In this document: one piece after another, positions 1-8,996 of the stretch
Layout: each line of letters starts with the position of its first letter
Position numbering within the stretch: the stretch's first letter is position 1
NCBI GenBank assembly: GCA_038064535.1
Contig: JBBTSX010000011.1
Location: 1-59,777 of the forward strand
Direction of reading: 5' to 3'
DNA length: 59,777 nt
Source of the DNA: Patescibacteria group bacterium
GTDB taxonomy: Bacteria; Patescibacteriota; Minisyncoccia; Phycocordibacterales; UBA2100
Notes under the pieces: model-generated
The model's database searches: none
Told to the model about the DNA's origin: nothing
What the model saw: only the letters and a program-made list of their open reading frames with translations
Position numbers and translations under genes: made by a program

Positions 1-92
1 TTGTCCCGCATATGCAACACATATTAGGTGTTGCATTTAGAATTAGAACTCGCGCCAGACCACCAGCCAGTTGGGTTTGGTATAGTGAGGGC

Positions 93-392
93 ATGACCAA
101 GAACCCCTATCTCAACGCGCTGTTTGCTGGACTGTATATCATCTTCATTGTCCTCCTCATCAGCTACGGCCCCGCTCTCGTCAGAGACAAGCCGGACACT
201 ATTCTGGCACCGATAGCTATGCTGAGCTTGCTCGTGTGCTCGGTTGCTTTTATGGGCTATGTTTTCTTCTTCCAGCCGATGCAGATGTTTATAGACGGAC
301 AAAAGCGCGAGGCGGTGGAACTCTTCACGAAGACACTCACGACTTTCGCCGTCATCACCGGTATCGTTGTCCTCATCGCCTTTACTGTCTGA
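93..392 (+). CDS. small hypothetical membrane protein (about 3 TM)
   Basis: ATG at 93 lies 6 nt after TGGTATAGT (-10-like); three hydrophobic segments. Confidence 0.75.
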   Translation: MTKNPYLNALFAGLYIIFIVLLISYGPALVRDKPDTILAPIAMLSLLVCSVAFMGYVFFFQPMQMFIDGQKREAVELFTKTLTTFAVITGIVVLIAFTV

Positions 393-481
393 AGACGGCG
401 GCGGTCCCGACGTCGCACAAGCTTCAGTCCGCATCGGTAATGGTATCGGCCGCGAATCGTCGGATACTATACAATCATGTC

Positions 482-1393
482 ATGAACAATAATGCGCTCA
501 TATCTATATCGGCGGCAGTCATTATTCTCACGCTCGGCGCGTTATTCGTGTTGAGCTCGTCGAACTTTGTGCTTTCGCAAGATGACGCCGCGAATGCCGT
601 CATTGCGGAGTTTCCGGCGTTGGCCGCATACCGCACGACTTCGCTTCCGCCGAGCTCTATTGAAGGGAAGCGGGCTCCAGATGGCTGGTACCTCGCGTTC
701 ATCCAGCGTGGCAGTGGTGTTCCGGGGATTCTCAATGCGCATTGTTTTTACGTAACCAACGACAAGAAGGTGACGGCGACCGGACAATATATCCGGCCCG
801 GCGATGCAATCACAGAAAATGTCGACTTCGAAACCTGCTCGCCTATTGGCGAGCAGAGCCCGCGCAACACAGTTTTGCCGTACGGTGACATCGTTCTCAG
901 GATGGGTGAGCTCGCAATGTTTAAGGGTCTTTCGATTCTCGCGATTGGGATTGTCGAAGACAGCCGTTGCCCTGTCGATGTGCAATGCATCCAAGCGGGT
1001 ACGGTGCGCGTGAGAATCGAAGTCGTCTCCGGTATGGGTACGTCGACGAGTATCGTCAAGCTCGGTCAGGCATTCACGACAGAAGCACAGCGCATTACGC
1101 TCACGGCAGTAGCCCCGGAGAAACATTCACAAACCCAGATTACAATGGGCGATTACCGCCTCACGTTCAATGTCGTGCCGCAGACTACGCCTGTCGCCGA
1201 TACTCCTTCGGCAAAATGCTATGTCGGCGGCTGTTCTGCACAGATGTGCACCGACCGACCCGATGCGGTCTCGACCTGTGAGTACCGCGAGAGTTATGCA
1301 TGCTACAAAACCGCAACATGCGAGAGACAGAAGAGCGGTCAATGCGGTTGGACACCAACGCCGCAACTTGCGGCTTGCCTCGCGAATTCGTAA
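482..1393 (+). CDS. membrane-anchored exported protein with a DSRCPxDVQCIQAG domain and a C-terminal eight-cysteine-cluster domain
   Basis: N-terminal hydrophobic anchor from MNNNALISIS; C-terminal CYVGGCSAQMC...CEY...CY...CERQ...CGW...CL (8 Cys). Confidence 0.75.
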   Translation: MNNNALISISAAVIILTLGALFVLSSSNFVLSQDDAANAVIAEFPALAAYRTTSLPPSSIEGKRAPDGWYLAFIQRGSGVPGILNAHCFYVTNDKKVTATGQYIRPGDAITENVDFETCSPIGEQSPRNTVLPYGDIVLRMGELAMFKGLSILAIGIVEDSRCPVDVQCIQAGTVRVRIEVVSGMGTSTSIVKLGQAFTTEAQRITLTAVAPEKHSQTQITMGDYRLTFNVVPQTTPVADTPSAKCYVGGCSAQMCTDRPDAVSTCEYRESYACYKTATCERQKSGQCGWTPTPQLAACLANS

Positions 1394-1446
1394 TCAGACG
1401 TCCTCATAACAAACGGCCGGTTTGAGATAGGTGATACTGTGGGTAT

Positions 1447-1701
1447 ATGCCGGAAGGTATCAAGCTGACAAAGTTCGAGGGTAATGAAGGTGCTGAAGGG
1501 CCGCCGCGATATCGCATCGTTGAGCGTGAGGTGTTGGAAACGTACGAGGATGGGGCGAAGAGAGAGCGCTGGCTCGAGTGCAACGGAAGAACTCATAGAC
1601 GCTCTGTCCAGAAAATCTCCCCGGGCGCAAGAGGCGAGTTCGATTTCGTCGAAGAGTTGTCTCGGGACGAATTGGGACCATGCCGAGGAGGACACCGCTA
1701 G
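1447..1701 (+). CDS. hypothetical protein
   Basis: ORF fills the intergenic gap; TGATACTGT -10-like motif just upstream of ATG. Confidence 0.5.
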   Translation: MPEGIKLTKFEGNEGAEGPPRYRIVEREVLETYEDGAKRERWLECNGRTHRRSVQKISPGARGEFDFVEELSRDELGPCRGGHR

Positions 1702-1760
1702 CCGGACCGTTCACTTATAAGGATTCGAGCATCGTGACAATTATTCAGTCAAGGTAGAAT

Positions 1761-2318
1761 ATGGGAATGGCTGCTAAGTCGTCGTTTGGTGACCGTCTCG
1801 AAAGAGATGCCATCATTATTTTGGCGGGCATCGCGGCGGCAATCGCGCTCAGCAAGTCCGGCCTGCTCTCCGATATTTTTTTGGTTAACCTTGAGTCGGA
1901 ACTCATCGGCAGTTTTATCGCGGGCATATTGTTCACATCACTGTTTACCACGCCTCTTGCTATCGCAACGTTCGTTGAGCTTGCTCCGGCGGTCAACACG
2001 TTTGCGATGGCGGGCATAGGAGCGCTGGGCGCCGTGCTGGGAGACCTGATACTTTTCGGCCTTGTCCGGTTTGCGTTCCGAAAGGATGTCGAACATGTGA
2101 TGAGCCTGCCAAGGTACAAAAGATTCTTCGCGATTTTCCACAGGAGAATGTTCCGGTGGATGCTTCCATTCCTCGGCGCCCTTATTATCGCGTCGCCGCT
2201 TCCCGATGAGCTTGGCATGGGACTTATGGGCCTCTCTCACATGCGTACGAAGAATCTCGTCCTCGTCTCGTTCGTTATGAATGCTCTGGGGATCGCTCTT
2301 ATCGGTTGGATAGCGTAA
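1761..2318 (+). CDS. integral membrane protein (DedA/VTT-like)
   Basis: multiple TM segments; GALGAVLGDLILF and ASPLPDELG motifs. Confidence 0.75.
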   Translation: MGMAAKSSFGDRLERDAIIILAGIAAAIALSKSGLLSDIFLVNLESELIGSFIAGILFTSLFTTPLAIATFVELAPAVNTFAMAGIGALGAVLGDLILFGLVRFAFRKDVEHVMSLPRYKRFFAIFHRRMFRWMLPFLGALIIASPLPDELGMGLMGLSHMRTKNLVLVSFVMNALGIALIGWIA

Positions 2319-2334
2319 GCACAAATTGTCTCGC

Positions 2335-2577
2335 ATGTATTTTGTATATATCTTGAAATGCGCAGACGGGACGCTCTACACGGGCGTGACCACCGATTTG
2401 AAGCGGCGGCTGATGGAGCACAAAAAAGGGGAGGGCGGGAGCTACACGCGAGCGCATGGCGCGAATCGGATGGTGTATTCGGAAAAAGCCCGTGACCGCA
2501 GCAAAGCCCAAAAGCGCGAGGCGGAAATCAAAAGCCTGACGCGTGCAGAGAAATTGGCGTTGATAAAATCAGGGTAG
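2335..2577 (+). CDS. small GIY-YIG nuclease (YhbQ/UPF0213 family)
   Basis: YFVYILKCADGTLYTGVTTDLKRRLMEH...KREAEIK motif. Confidence 0.9.
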   Translation: MYFVYILKCADGTLYTGVTTDLKRRLMEHKKGEGGSYTRAHGANRMVYSEKARDRSKAQKREAEIKSLTRAEKLALIKSG

Positions 2578-2616
2578 CAAAAAGCCTCGCCCCGGTATGG
2601 GGCGAGGCTCTTTTGT
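2578..2616. terminator. bidirectional intrinsic terminator
   Basis: AGCCTCGCCCC-ggtat-GGGGCGAGGCT stem flanked by A and T runs, between convergent genes. Confidence 0.8.
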
Positions 2617-2643
2617 TGTCCGCGACCTGCGGAGCGGGGAGGC

Positions 2644-3195
2644 TCAGGAGAATGTCACGTACGTGGGGATAGTGAAGAGCTTCACGTCCTTGAGCCAGTC
2701 ATGGCAATTCCAGCCGACAGTATTGGCGCTGGTGCCGTAAATTGCCCCGCTCGTGAGGTCTTGCGGAATGACATCCGGAAGATCGGCAAGCGCTCTGATG
2801 CTCGACTTCTTACCGGTCGTTGCGCCTTCTTTCCAGCTGTAGAGATAGCCGCCGCTGTAAATCATGAGACTCGCCGTCGAAGCGCCGCTCATGGTCGAGC
2901 GGAACTCGCCGCGCATTTTCCCGTCGGCGATGTATATCACGCTAGTGCTTTGTCCTGTTGAGTTGGACTGACTGTAATCGCACTGGTGATTACCCGACTG
3001 CGTAAAGATACTCTTGAACGTGTTTGTAGTTGCAGGTGTGCCGGCAGGCGTACCGGTCGTGCCGGTAGTGGTCGTTGTGGTGGCGGTCTCTCCCTGCGTG
3101 CCGGTGCTTGAAGCGCCCGACGACGAGAGATACCACGCTCCCAATGCGAGAATAACGAGAACAACAATACCCCAAACGATTGTTTTTTGATTCAT
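2644..3195 (-). CDS. hypothetical exported protein with Thr/Gly-rich linker
   Basis: N-terminal TM, low-complexity T-rich linker, globular C-terminus. Confidence 0.8.
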   Translation of the reverse strand: MNQKTIVWGIVVLVILALGAWYLSSSGASSTGTQGETATTTTTTGTTGTPAGTPATTNTFKSIFTQSGNHQCDYSQSNSTGQSTSVIYIADGKMRGEFRSTMSGASTASLMIYSGGYLYSWKEGATTGKKSSIRALADLPDVIPQDLTSGAIYGTSANTVGWNCHDWLKDVKLFTIPTYVTFS

Positions 3196-3332
3196 AGAAG
3201 ATTAAATTAGCTTATATATAGATTGTAGACGATGGAAACGGTTCGACCTTTCATGAATTGCACAGAGTTTAGCATTGCACTCTGAAGATTACATGAAGCG
3301 AGTCGGAGCGCCCTTTGTGGTAGCATGCTGCC

Positions 3333-4325
3333 ATGTTGATAGATGAGGTAACAATTCAGCTACAGGCAGGGAATGGTGGCAAGGGCGCGGTCGCCTTCCA
3401 AAAGGTACGCTTGGCGCAGGGCCCCACAGGCGCCGACGGCGGCCGTGGTGCCAACATATATTTTGAGGGGTGCACGGACATCAATGCCCTTTCTTTCTAC
3501 GCCAACAAAAAAGAGATTCACGCCGAAGATGGCAAGGACGGCCGCGGCCAGTTCATCGACGGACGCGCCGGTGCTGACCTCGTGCTCAAGGTGCCGGCGG
3601 GGACCCGCATCACCAATCTCGACACGGGTTTTGTGAAGGAAATCATCGAGCCCGGTGAGCGCTTGCTCGTCGCGGGCGGCGGCAAGGGCGGGCGGGGAAA
3701 TTTCAAATTCCGCTCGTCTACCAACACGACACCGAAAGAATTCGAGGAAGGGACCGTCGGCGACATCGCAAACTACAAACTCGAGCTCCGGCTCGTCGCC
3801 GACATCGGGCTCATCGGCCTGCCAAACGCCGGTAAATCGAGCCTGCTCAACGAACTTACCGCCGCGCGCAGCCGCGTCGCGAATTACGCGTTCACGACAC
3901 TTGAGCCGCACCTCGGAGCGTACTACGAAATCATCCTCGCCGATATTCCGGGGCTCATCGAAGGCGCATCGCAGGGCAAAGGGCTCGGCGTGAAATTCCT
4001 CAAACATGTTGAGCGTACCAAGACCCTTTTCCATCTGGTCTCTTCCGAAAGCGAGGACATCGTCCGCGATTACAATCTCGTTCGTACCGAACTCGGGCAG
4101 TACAACGCGGAGCTTCTGAAGAAAGACGAGCACGTATTTCTGACGAAGACAGACATGGTGTCGCCGGAGGTTGTCGCAGAAAAGCTCACAGCGCTGAAGA
4201 AAGCAGGAGTCGAAGCGACGCCGATATCGTTGCTTGAACCGGAGAGTATCGAGCGTGTGAGAAAGATTCTCAACACCATCAAAGACCGATTGCCTTCAGA
4301 AACTGATCAAGCTCCTGCCCTTTGA
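3333..4325 (+). CDS. obgE: GTPase ObgE/CgtA
   Basis: Gly-rich Obg domain; GLPNAGKS, FTT, DIPG and TKTD G-motifs. Confidence 0.97.
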   Translation: MLIDEVTIQLQAGNGGKGAVAFQKVRLAQGPTGADGGRGANIYFEGCTDINALSFYANKKEIHAEDGKDGRGQFIDGRAGADLVLKVPAGTRITNLDTGFVKEIIEPGERLLVAGGGKGGRGNFKFRSSTNTTPKEFEEGTVGDIANYKLELRLVADIGLIGLPNAGKSSLLNELTAARSRVANYAFTTLEPHLGAYYEIILADIPGLIEGASQGKGLGVKFLKHVERTKTLFHLVSSESEDIVRDYNLVRTELGQYNAELLKKDEHVFLTKTDMVSPEVVAEKLTALKKAGVEATPISLLEPESIERVRKILNTIKDRLPSETDQAPAL

Positions 4326-5079
4326 GCTCGCGGTATTCGTTGGGCTTGAGCGGACCGAGCTTAATATTCATGACGCGCACGCGTTGCAGATTTTCGACGG
4401 ATGTTTTGAGCGCGTCGCACATGCGGCGTATCTGATGTTTCTTACCCTCGGTGAGTGTTATCGAAAATTTGTTGTCGGAACGGATTTCCACTTCACAGGG
4501 CTTGGTAACGTATCCGCCTGTCTGCGTGCCACGCACAGGCAGGCCGATGTCGATGCCGCGCTCCATGACCTTTTTGAAATTGTTCGGCAACGCCTCGCGG
4601 GTCGTCACGCGGTACTCCTTGTCGTGCGCATACTCAGGGTTGAGAAGCCGGTCGGTGACGCGCGCATCGTCGGTCAGAATGATGAGTCCCGACGAGCGCT
4701 TATCAAGCCGGCCAATGGGGAAGACGGAGCGAAGCGGGATGCTTCGCATAATATCAGCCTCGCCTTTTTCAGGGGAATGGGTAATGACGCCGGACGGTTT
4801 GTGGTAAGCGAAATAGCGGTACTTGGTGCGAGCGCCTTTCACCTCGACTTTGTCGCTCTCCTGCACTTTGTCGCCGAGAACCGCTTTGCGGCCGTTAATC
4901 GTCACGAGACCTTTCTCTATGAGGGTGTCCGCGTCCTTGCGCGTCGCGATACCGCGGGAGGCGATATATTTGTTGATGCGCACCCCGTTAGGAATAGCCC
5001 GCCCCGAAGGCCCCGTACGGGGCGCGCCAGCGCGGGCGCGATTTCTAACGGGGCGCATCGGGTAGCTGTCACTCGTCAT
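4279..5079 (-). CDS. S4-domain rRNA pseudouridine synthase (RsuA/RluB/RluF family) carrying two palindromic in-frame inserts
   Basis: RINKYIA S4 domain, GRLDKRSSGL catalytic motif, EGKKHQIRRM. Confidence 0.93.
   Translation of the reverse strand: MTSDSYPMRPVRNRARAGAPRTGPSGRAIPNGVRINKYIASRGIATRKDADTLIEKGLVTINGRKAVLGDKVQESDKVEVKGARTKYRYFAYHKPSGVITHSPEKGEADIMRSIPLRSVFPIGRLDKRSSGLIILTDDARVTDRLLNPEYAHDKEYRVTTREALPNNFKKVMERGIDIGLPVRGTQTGGYVTKPCEVEIRSDNKFSITLTEGKKHQIRRMCDALKTSVENLQRVRVMNIKLGPLKPNEYRELKGQELDQFLKAIGL
4517..4543. repeat. CCTG...CAGG palindromic element, in frame (LPVRGTQTG)
   Basis: cctgtctgcgtgccacgcacaggcagg, 27 nt hairpin inside the CDS. Confidence 0.8.
4983..5053. mobile_element. 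MITE-like element (CCCGTTAG TIR family), copy 1, in frame
   Basis: TIR ccccgttag...ctaacgggg; 4-bp direct repeat CGCA on both sides; 71+4=75 nt. Confidence 0.85.
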
Positions 5080-5107
5080 CACGGGAGTATGTGCTATAAT
5101 CGCGCGC

Positions 5108-5245
5108 ATGGCAAAACGACCGGATGTAGATATACGAAGAAAGAAGACCCGCTCGCGCAAAACCGCGAAGCGCCTCGCCGCAAAGCAGGCGATGCTCGCC
5201 GCGCGCAAGCCCCGCAAAAAGCAGGTGCACGGCCGCGGAAAGTAG
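5108..5245 (+). CDS. small highly basic protein (45 aa), absent from the ORF track
   Basis: MAKRPDVDIRRKKTRSRKTAKRLAAKQAMLAARKPRKKQVHGRGK; TGCTATAAT 7 nt upstream of ATG. Confidence 0.7.
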   Translation: MAKRPDVDIRRKKTRSRKTAKRLAAKQAMLAARKPRKKQVHGRGK

Positions 5246-5337
5246 CGCCGTTCCTCGTAGTATGTTTGACACCGCGTTGCTACGCGGTGTACCGTTGTGA
5301 ACAGCAGATAGCAGATGGAACTGCGGAGGAACCCGCC

Positions 5338-5847
5338 GTGTATGACCCAACCAAAGATTTCCCGAAAATCACGAGTCTCGGCGATATCGCGGTTGATTTC
5401 GACCGAACGATTGACGACAGGATACCGGTACTGAAACGGCACATCAATCCTCATGGCGTACCAGAGGACGTGAGTGATCGATGTTTCCGTCCTTGGCGCA
5501 CCGGCGCCGCTCGCTTCAACGTGTTTGCTGCACGTTGGGGCGACGAAGTCTGGATGACACGCGCACAGCTCAACACGTATGCGAGAGGACAGGGCATGAC
5601 ACTCGGAGACCCGAAGCCCCTACTCGACCTAATCGTCTCGCGACCCGCCAAAGACCTAGACGAGCTGCACCCGATTCTGGCCATCGGGCAGCTCTATTAC
5701 GAACCGGGCATGGGATTTGGACGAGCGCTTTGCCGGTACGGGGTTGGGCCAAGTGTAGGGATTATGACCATGACACTGTCTCCGAATGCACAAGTGACTC
5801 CATGCTGGCAAGTTCTTCTACTCAAAGAGATCAAGGCGAGCGGGTGA
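5338..5847 (+). CDS. hypothetical orphan protein
   Basis: GTG start preceded by GGAGGA; 3' part of long ORF 4384..5847. Confidence 0.6.
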   Translation: MYDPTKDFPKITSLGDIAVDFDRTIDDRIPVLKRHINPHGVPEDVSDRCFRPWRTGAARFNVFAARWGDEVWMTRAQLNTYARGQGMTLGDPKPLLDLIVSRPAKDLDELHPILAIGQLYYEPGMGFGRALCRYGVGPSVGIMTMTLSPNAQVTPCWQVLLLKEIKASG

Positions 5848-5919
5848 AATTCAGCGAACTCTCGTCTAATCGAAGCAAACAATGACCTTCGCGCGTACGC
5901 GGAGGTCGATTTCTTAAAA

Positions 5920-5949
5920 GTTGACAAGCAGGGAAGTATCTGATACACT
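5920..5949 (+). promoter_or_regulatory. sigma70 promoter of the DEAD-box helicase, with a long 5' UTR
   Basis: TTGACA-N17-TACACT. Confidence 0.65.
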
Positions 5950-6095
5950 CTTCAGGTCAGACTCTCTCTCATCGGTTTTGTCTTGGGATTACCAAGGCCG
6001 CGCGCAGTGCACTCCAGCGTGAACCTGTCCCGAGATAGTTCGACACATTTAAACGGCCTTTTAGGCCAAAGCCCTTCAATGGGCTCATATACAAC

Positions 6096-7361
6096 ATGAA
6101 CACTCATTCACGTCATGGACACGGCCCGTCCCGCCCTTCCCGACCCGCAGGTGGCGGGTCACGCGGGCGCAGTTTCGGCGGACGTCCGCAAGGCCGTACA
6201 TTCAGCAGGCCGTCATTTCACGGTTCCCGTGGCGGTAATCGCCGCGCCGCGCCGCGCACTGCGCGCATCGACGTCTCGAAGTTCATCAACAAAGCGGTCG
6301 TGACGGAAGAGCAGGAGGTCTTCGTACCGGAGCACAGCTTTTCCGATTTCATCATTCACGAGAATCTCAAGAAGAATATCGCTCACAAGGGATACACGAC
6401 GCCAACTCCGATTCAGGACCGCGCCATCCCGCACGTCCTCAAGGGCGAAGATGTCGTCGGTATCGCGAATACCGGCACGGGCAAGACCGCAGCGTTTTTG
6501 ATTCCGCTCATCAATAAGGTTCTCAAGGACCGCGCAGAGCACGTGCTCATCATGGTGCCGACCCGCGAACTCGCACAGCAAATAGAAGAAGAATATTGGG
6601 CGTTTGCCGACCATATGCGCATCGGTGCCGTCACGTGCGTCGGGGGCGCCAATATCAATCGCCAGATAGCGACCCTTCGCCGCGGGCCCAATTTCGTCAT
6701 CGGCACTCCCGGCCGTCTCAAAGACCTCATCGAGCGCCGTGCGCTCGACCTTTCCAAATTTCAGACAGTCGTCCTTGACGAGGCCGACCGCATGCTCGAC
6801 ATGGGATTCATTGCCGACATGAAATATATTCTTTCGCTCATGCGCCCCGAACGCCACACGCTCTTCTTCTCGGCGACGCTCACGCGCGAGATTGAATCGC
6901 TCATCCACAGCTTTCTCAAAAATCCCGTGCGCATTTCCGTGAAGACGGGCGACACTGCATCAAATGTTGAGCAGGATATCGTGCGCGTCGCGGGCAAGAA
7001 CAAAATGGACGTGCTCCACGAATTGCTCACACAGCCGGAATTCAGCAAAGTGCTCGTCTTCGGCCGCACCAAGCACGGCGTCGAGAAACTCTCGAAAATT
7101 CTCGCTCAGCGCGGCTTCAAGGCGGAGTCGATTCATGGAAACAAGCGCCAGAACAAACGCGAGCAGGCACTCTCGATGTTCAAAAGTAATCGCGTGCAGG
7201 TTCTCGTCGCGACCGACGTCGCCGCGCGCGGCATCGATGTGGATGATGTGAGCCATGTCATCAACTACGACCTGCCGACCACCTACGAAGACTACGTCCA
7301 CCGCATTGGCCGCACCGGCCGCGCGGGGAAGCGCGGCAAGGCGCTGACCTTTATTGAATAG
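6096..7361 (+). CDS. DEAD-box RNA helicase (RhlE/CshA-like)
   Basis: Q motif, ANTGTGKT, PTRELA, DEAD, SAT, HRIGRTGR; R/G-rich N-terminus. Confidence 0.97.
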   Translation: MNTHSRHGHGPSRPSRPAGGGSRGRSFGGRPQGRTFSRPSFHGSRGGNRRAAPRTARIDVSKFINKAVVTEEQEVFVPEHSFSDFIIHENLKKNIAHKGYTTPTPIQDRAIPHVLKGEDVVGIANTGTGKTAAFLIPLINKVLKDRAEHVLIMVPTRELAQQIEEEYWAFADHMRIGAVTCVGGANINRQIATLRRGPNFVIGTPGRLKDLIERRALDLSKFQTVVLDEADRMLDMGFIADMKYILSLMRPERHTLFFSATLTREIESLIHSFLKNPVRISVKTGDTASNVEQDIVRVAGKNKMDVLHELLTQPEFSKVLVFGRTKHGVEKLSKILAQRGFKAESIHGNKRQNKREQALSMFKSNRVQVLVATDVAARGIDVDDVSHVINYDLPTTYEDYVHRIGRTGRAGKRGKALTFIE

Positions 7362-7406
7362 TTCGACTTCCTTCGACATTGCTCAGGATAAATCGCTCAC
7401 CACAAG
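7362..7406. repeat. nested TTCGA...CTCA repeat
   Basis: ttcgact[tccttcgacattgctcaggataaa]tcgctcaccacaagt; related to copies in msrA and uvrC. Confidence 0.65.
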
Positions 7407-7413
7407 TAACCAT

Positions 7414-7557
7414 ATGTCAAAAAATTTCATGAAAGACGGGAAGTGGATAGACAACCCGAATCAGCCGGCGGTTGTTCTCTGCAAGTGCGGCAACAAGTAC
7501 ATCAAGACCCGTGAGGGCCAGCTCGAGTGCCTACGCTGTCTGCAGAAAGTGAAGTAA
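7414..7557 (+). CDS. small putative Zn-binding protein (47 aa)
   Basis: MSKNF...LCKCGNKY...ECLRC; CxC plus CxxC. Confidence 0.65.
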   Translation: MSKNFMKDGKWIDNPNQPAVVLCKCGNKYIKTREGQLECLRCLQKVK

Positions 7558-7563
7558 CCTTAA

Positions 7564-7586
7564 TGCGTCAAGTCCGACTTGACGCA
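7564..7586. repeat. REP palindrome, left of RAYT-1
   Basis: TGCGTCAAGT-CCG-ACTTGACGCA perfect 10-bp stem. Confidence 0.9.
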
Positions 7587-7607
7587 AAGACTTGGTATAA
7601 TGCGCAG

Positions 7608-8327
7608 ATGCGCGTCGAACCCCATGGCGTCGGTTCCATTCTGCATGTCATAAAGCGCGGCACTCGCGGTGTGGAAATAGTTCGAGACGAGTCAGATCGA
7701 ATTCGCTTTAGCAAGGCACTTTTCTATTTGAATGACGAGCACGATGTAGGCGATTGGATGCGCGATACCGAAGCGCTTGCTGAATTCGAGCGGCCGCACG
7801 CATGGCCGGAGCGCAAACCACTGACGCAGGTACTTGCATGGACGCTTATGCCGAATCATTTTCACTTGCTACTGCGGGAAAGTACTGATGGTGGTGTAGC
7901 GAAGTTTATGCAACGCCTCGGTGGCAGTATGACTACTCATTTCAATGCAAAATATGGTGAGAAGGGGAGTTTGTTCCAGGGAGGTTACAAAGCCAAGACA
8001 ATTGATTCCGACTCGTACCTCCGATATCTTGTGCAGTATATTCTCGTGAAAAACGTTTTCGAATTGCACCCTGGCGGTCTCAAGAAGGCGATGTCTGAGT
8101 TTGATCGGGCATGGGAAAGAGCGCAGCGATATTCTTTTTCGAGCTTGCACTCGTGTATTTCGGACAAGTCCGACTTGACGCAAGACATCGTGGATATCGA
8201 TTCGATAGACTCACTCGGATTACGGATGTCACCGGCTCTTTTCAAGAAGAGAGCCCAAGAGATGCTTGAGACTCACATGACAACAAGGAGCGAAGACTTC
8301 GACGCTCTGCTTCTCGAGCAGTGGTAA
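7608..8327 (+). mobile_element. REP-associated tyrosine transposase (RAYT / Y1 HUH family), copy 1
   Basis: HVIKRG, LMPNHFHLLL HUH motif, YxFSS; flanked by inverted palindromes. Confidence 0.88.
8165..8182. repeat. partial REP copy inside the RAYT-1 coding sequence
   Basis: caagtccgacttgacgca is identical to 18 nt of the flanking REP. Confidence 0.8.
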
Positions 8328-8350
8328 TGCGTCAAGTCGGACCTGACGCA
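8328..8350. repeat. REP palindrome, right of RAYT-1 (inverted orientation)
   Basis: TGCGTCAAGT-CGG-ACCTGACGCA; loop is the reverse complement of the left copy. Confidence 0.9.
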
Positions 8351-8379
8351 ATGTGGCGCAGATTTGTTAAGATGGGTAC

Positions 8380-8925
8380 ATGACATTGCCCACGCGCGAC
8401 GAAGCGCAGAAATTGCTGGAGCAGCACGTCAAGGATGAATATCAGCGGGAGCACGCACGCATGGTAGGTACTGCGATGGCGGGGTATGCGCAGTTGTACG
8501 GCGAAGACGAAGACCTGTGGTATATCACGGGACTTCTGCACGACATTGATTTCGAAGAGTTCCCGAACGCACATCCTGCGGAATCTCTGAAGTGGTTCAA
8601 GGAGTGGGGATACCCTGACGATTTGATACATGCCGTCGAGGCGCATGCGTATGGGTACGACGGATTTACCACCCTGCCGTATTCGAAACTTGCGGCCGCG
8701 CTGACCGCATGCGACGAAATAAGCGGTATTTTTTATGCATACAAAAAGATAAATCCGGTGCCATATGCGCAAATGAAGGCGAGTTCGATAAAGAAACGCT
8801 ACGGGGAGCCGCGGTTCGCCGCGAAGATAGACCGTACGGTCATCAATCGCGGATGCGAGGCCCTCGGCGTCGGGCTCGACGAGCACATCGCAAATCTCAT
8901 CAAATTCTTCGCCGCGCTCGATTGA
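8380..8925 (+). CDS. HD-domain metal-dependent phosphohydrolase
   Basis: H...GLLHDIDFE...H...D pattern. Confidence 0.88.
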   Translation: MTLPTRDEAQKLLEQHVKDEYQREHARMVGTAMAGYAQLYGEDEDLWYITGLLHDIDFEEFPNAHPAESLKWFKEWGYPDDLIHAVEAHAYGYDGFTTLPYSKLAAALTACDEISGIFYAYKKINPVPYAQMKASSIKKRYGEPRFAAKIDRTVINRGCEALGVGLDEHIANLIKFFAALD

Positions 8926-8996
8926 CATCAATACAAAGGTCGGACCTTGATAATTTTACATGTAGGGGACTATTCGCTTTTTGCTATACTCGCATC

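Noticed and set aside
3040-3100. Thr/Gly codon repeats
   Set aside because: Low-complexity protein linker, not a DNA-level repeat element.
4384-5337. 5' part of the 487-aa + strand ORF
   Set aside because: Antisense shadow of the pseudouridine synthase; only the SD-led portion from 5338 looks genuine.
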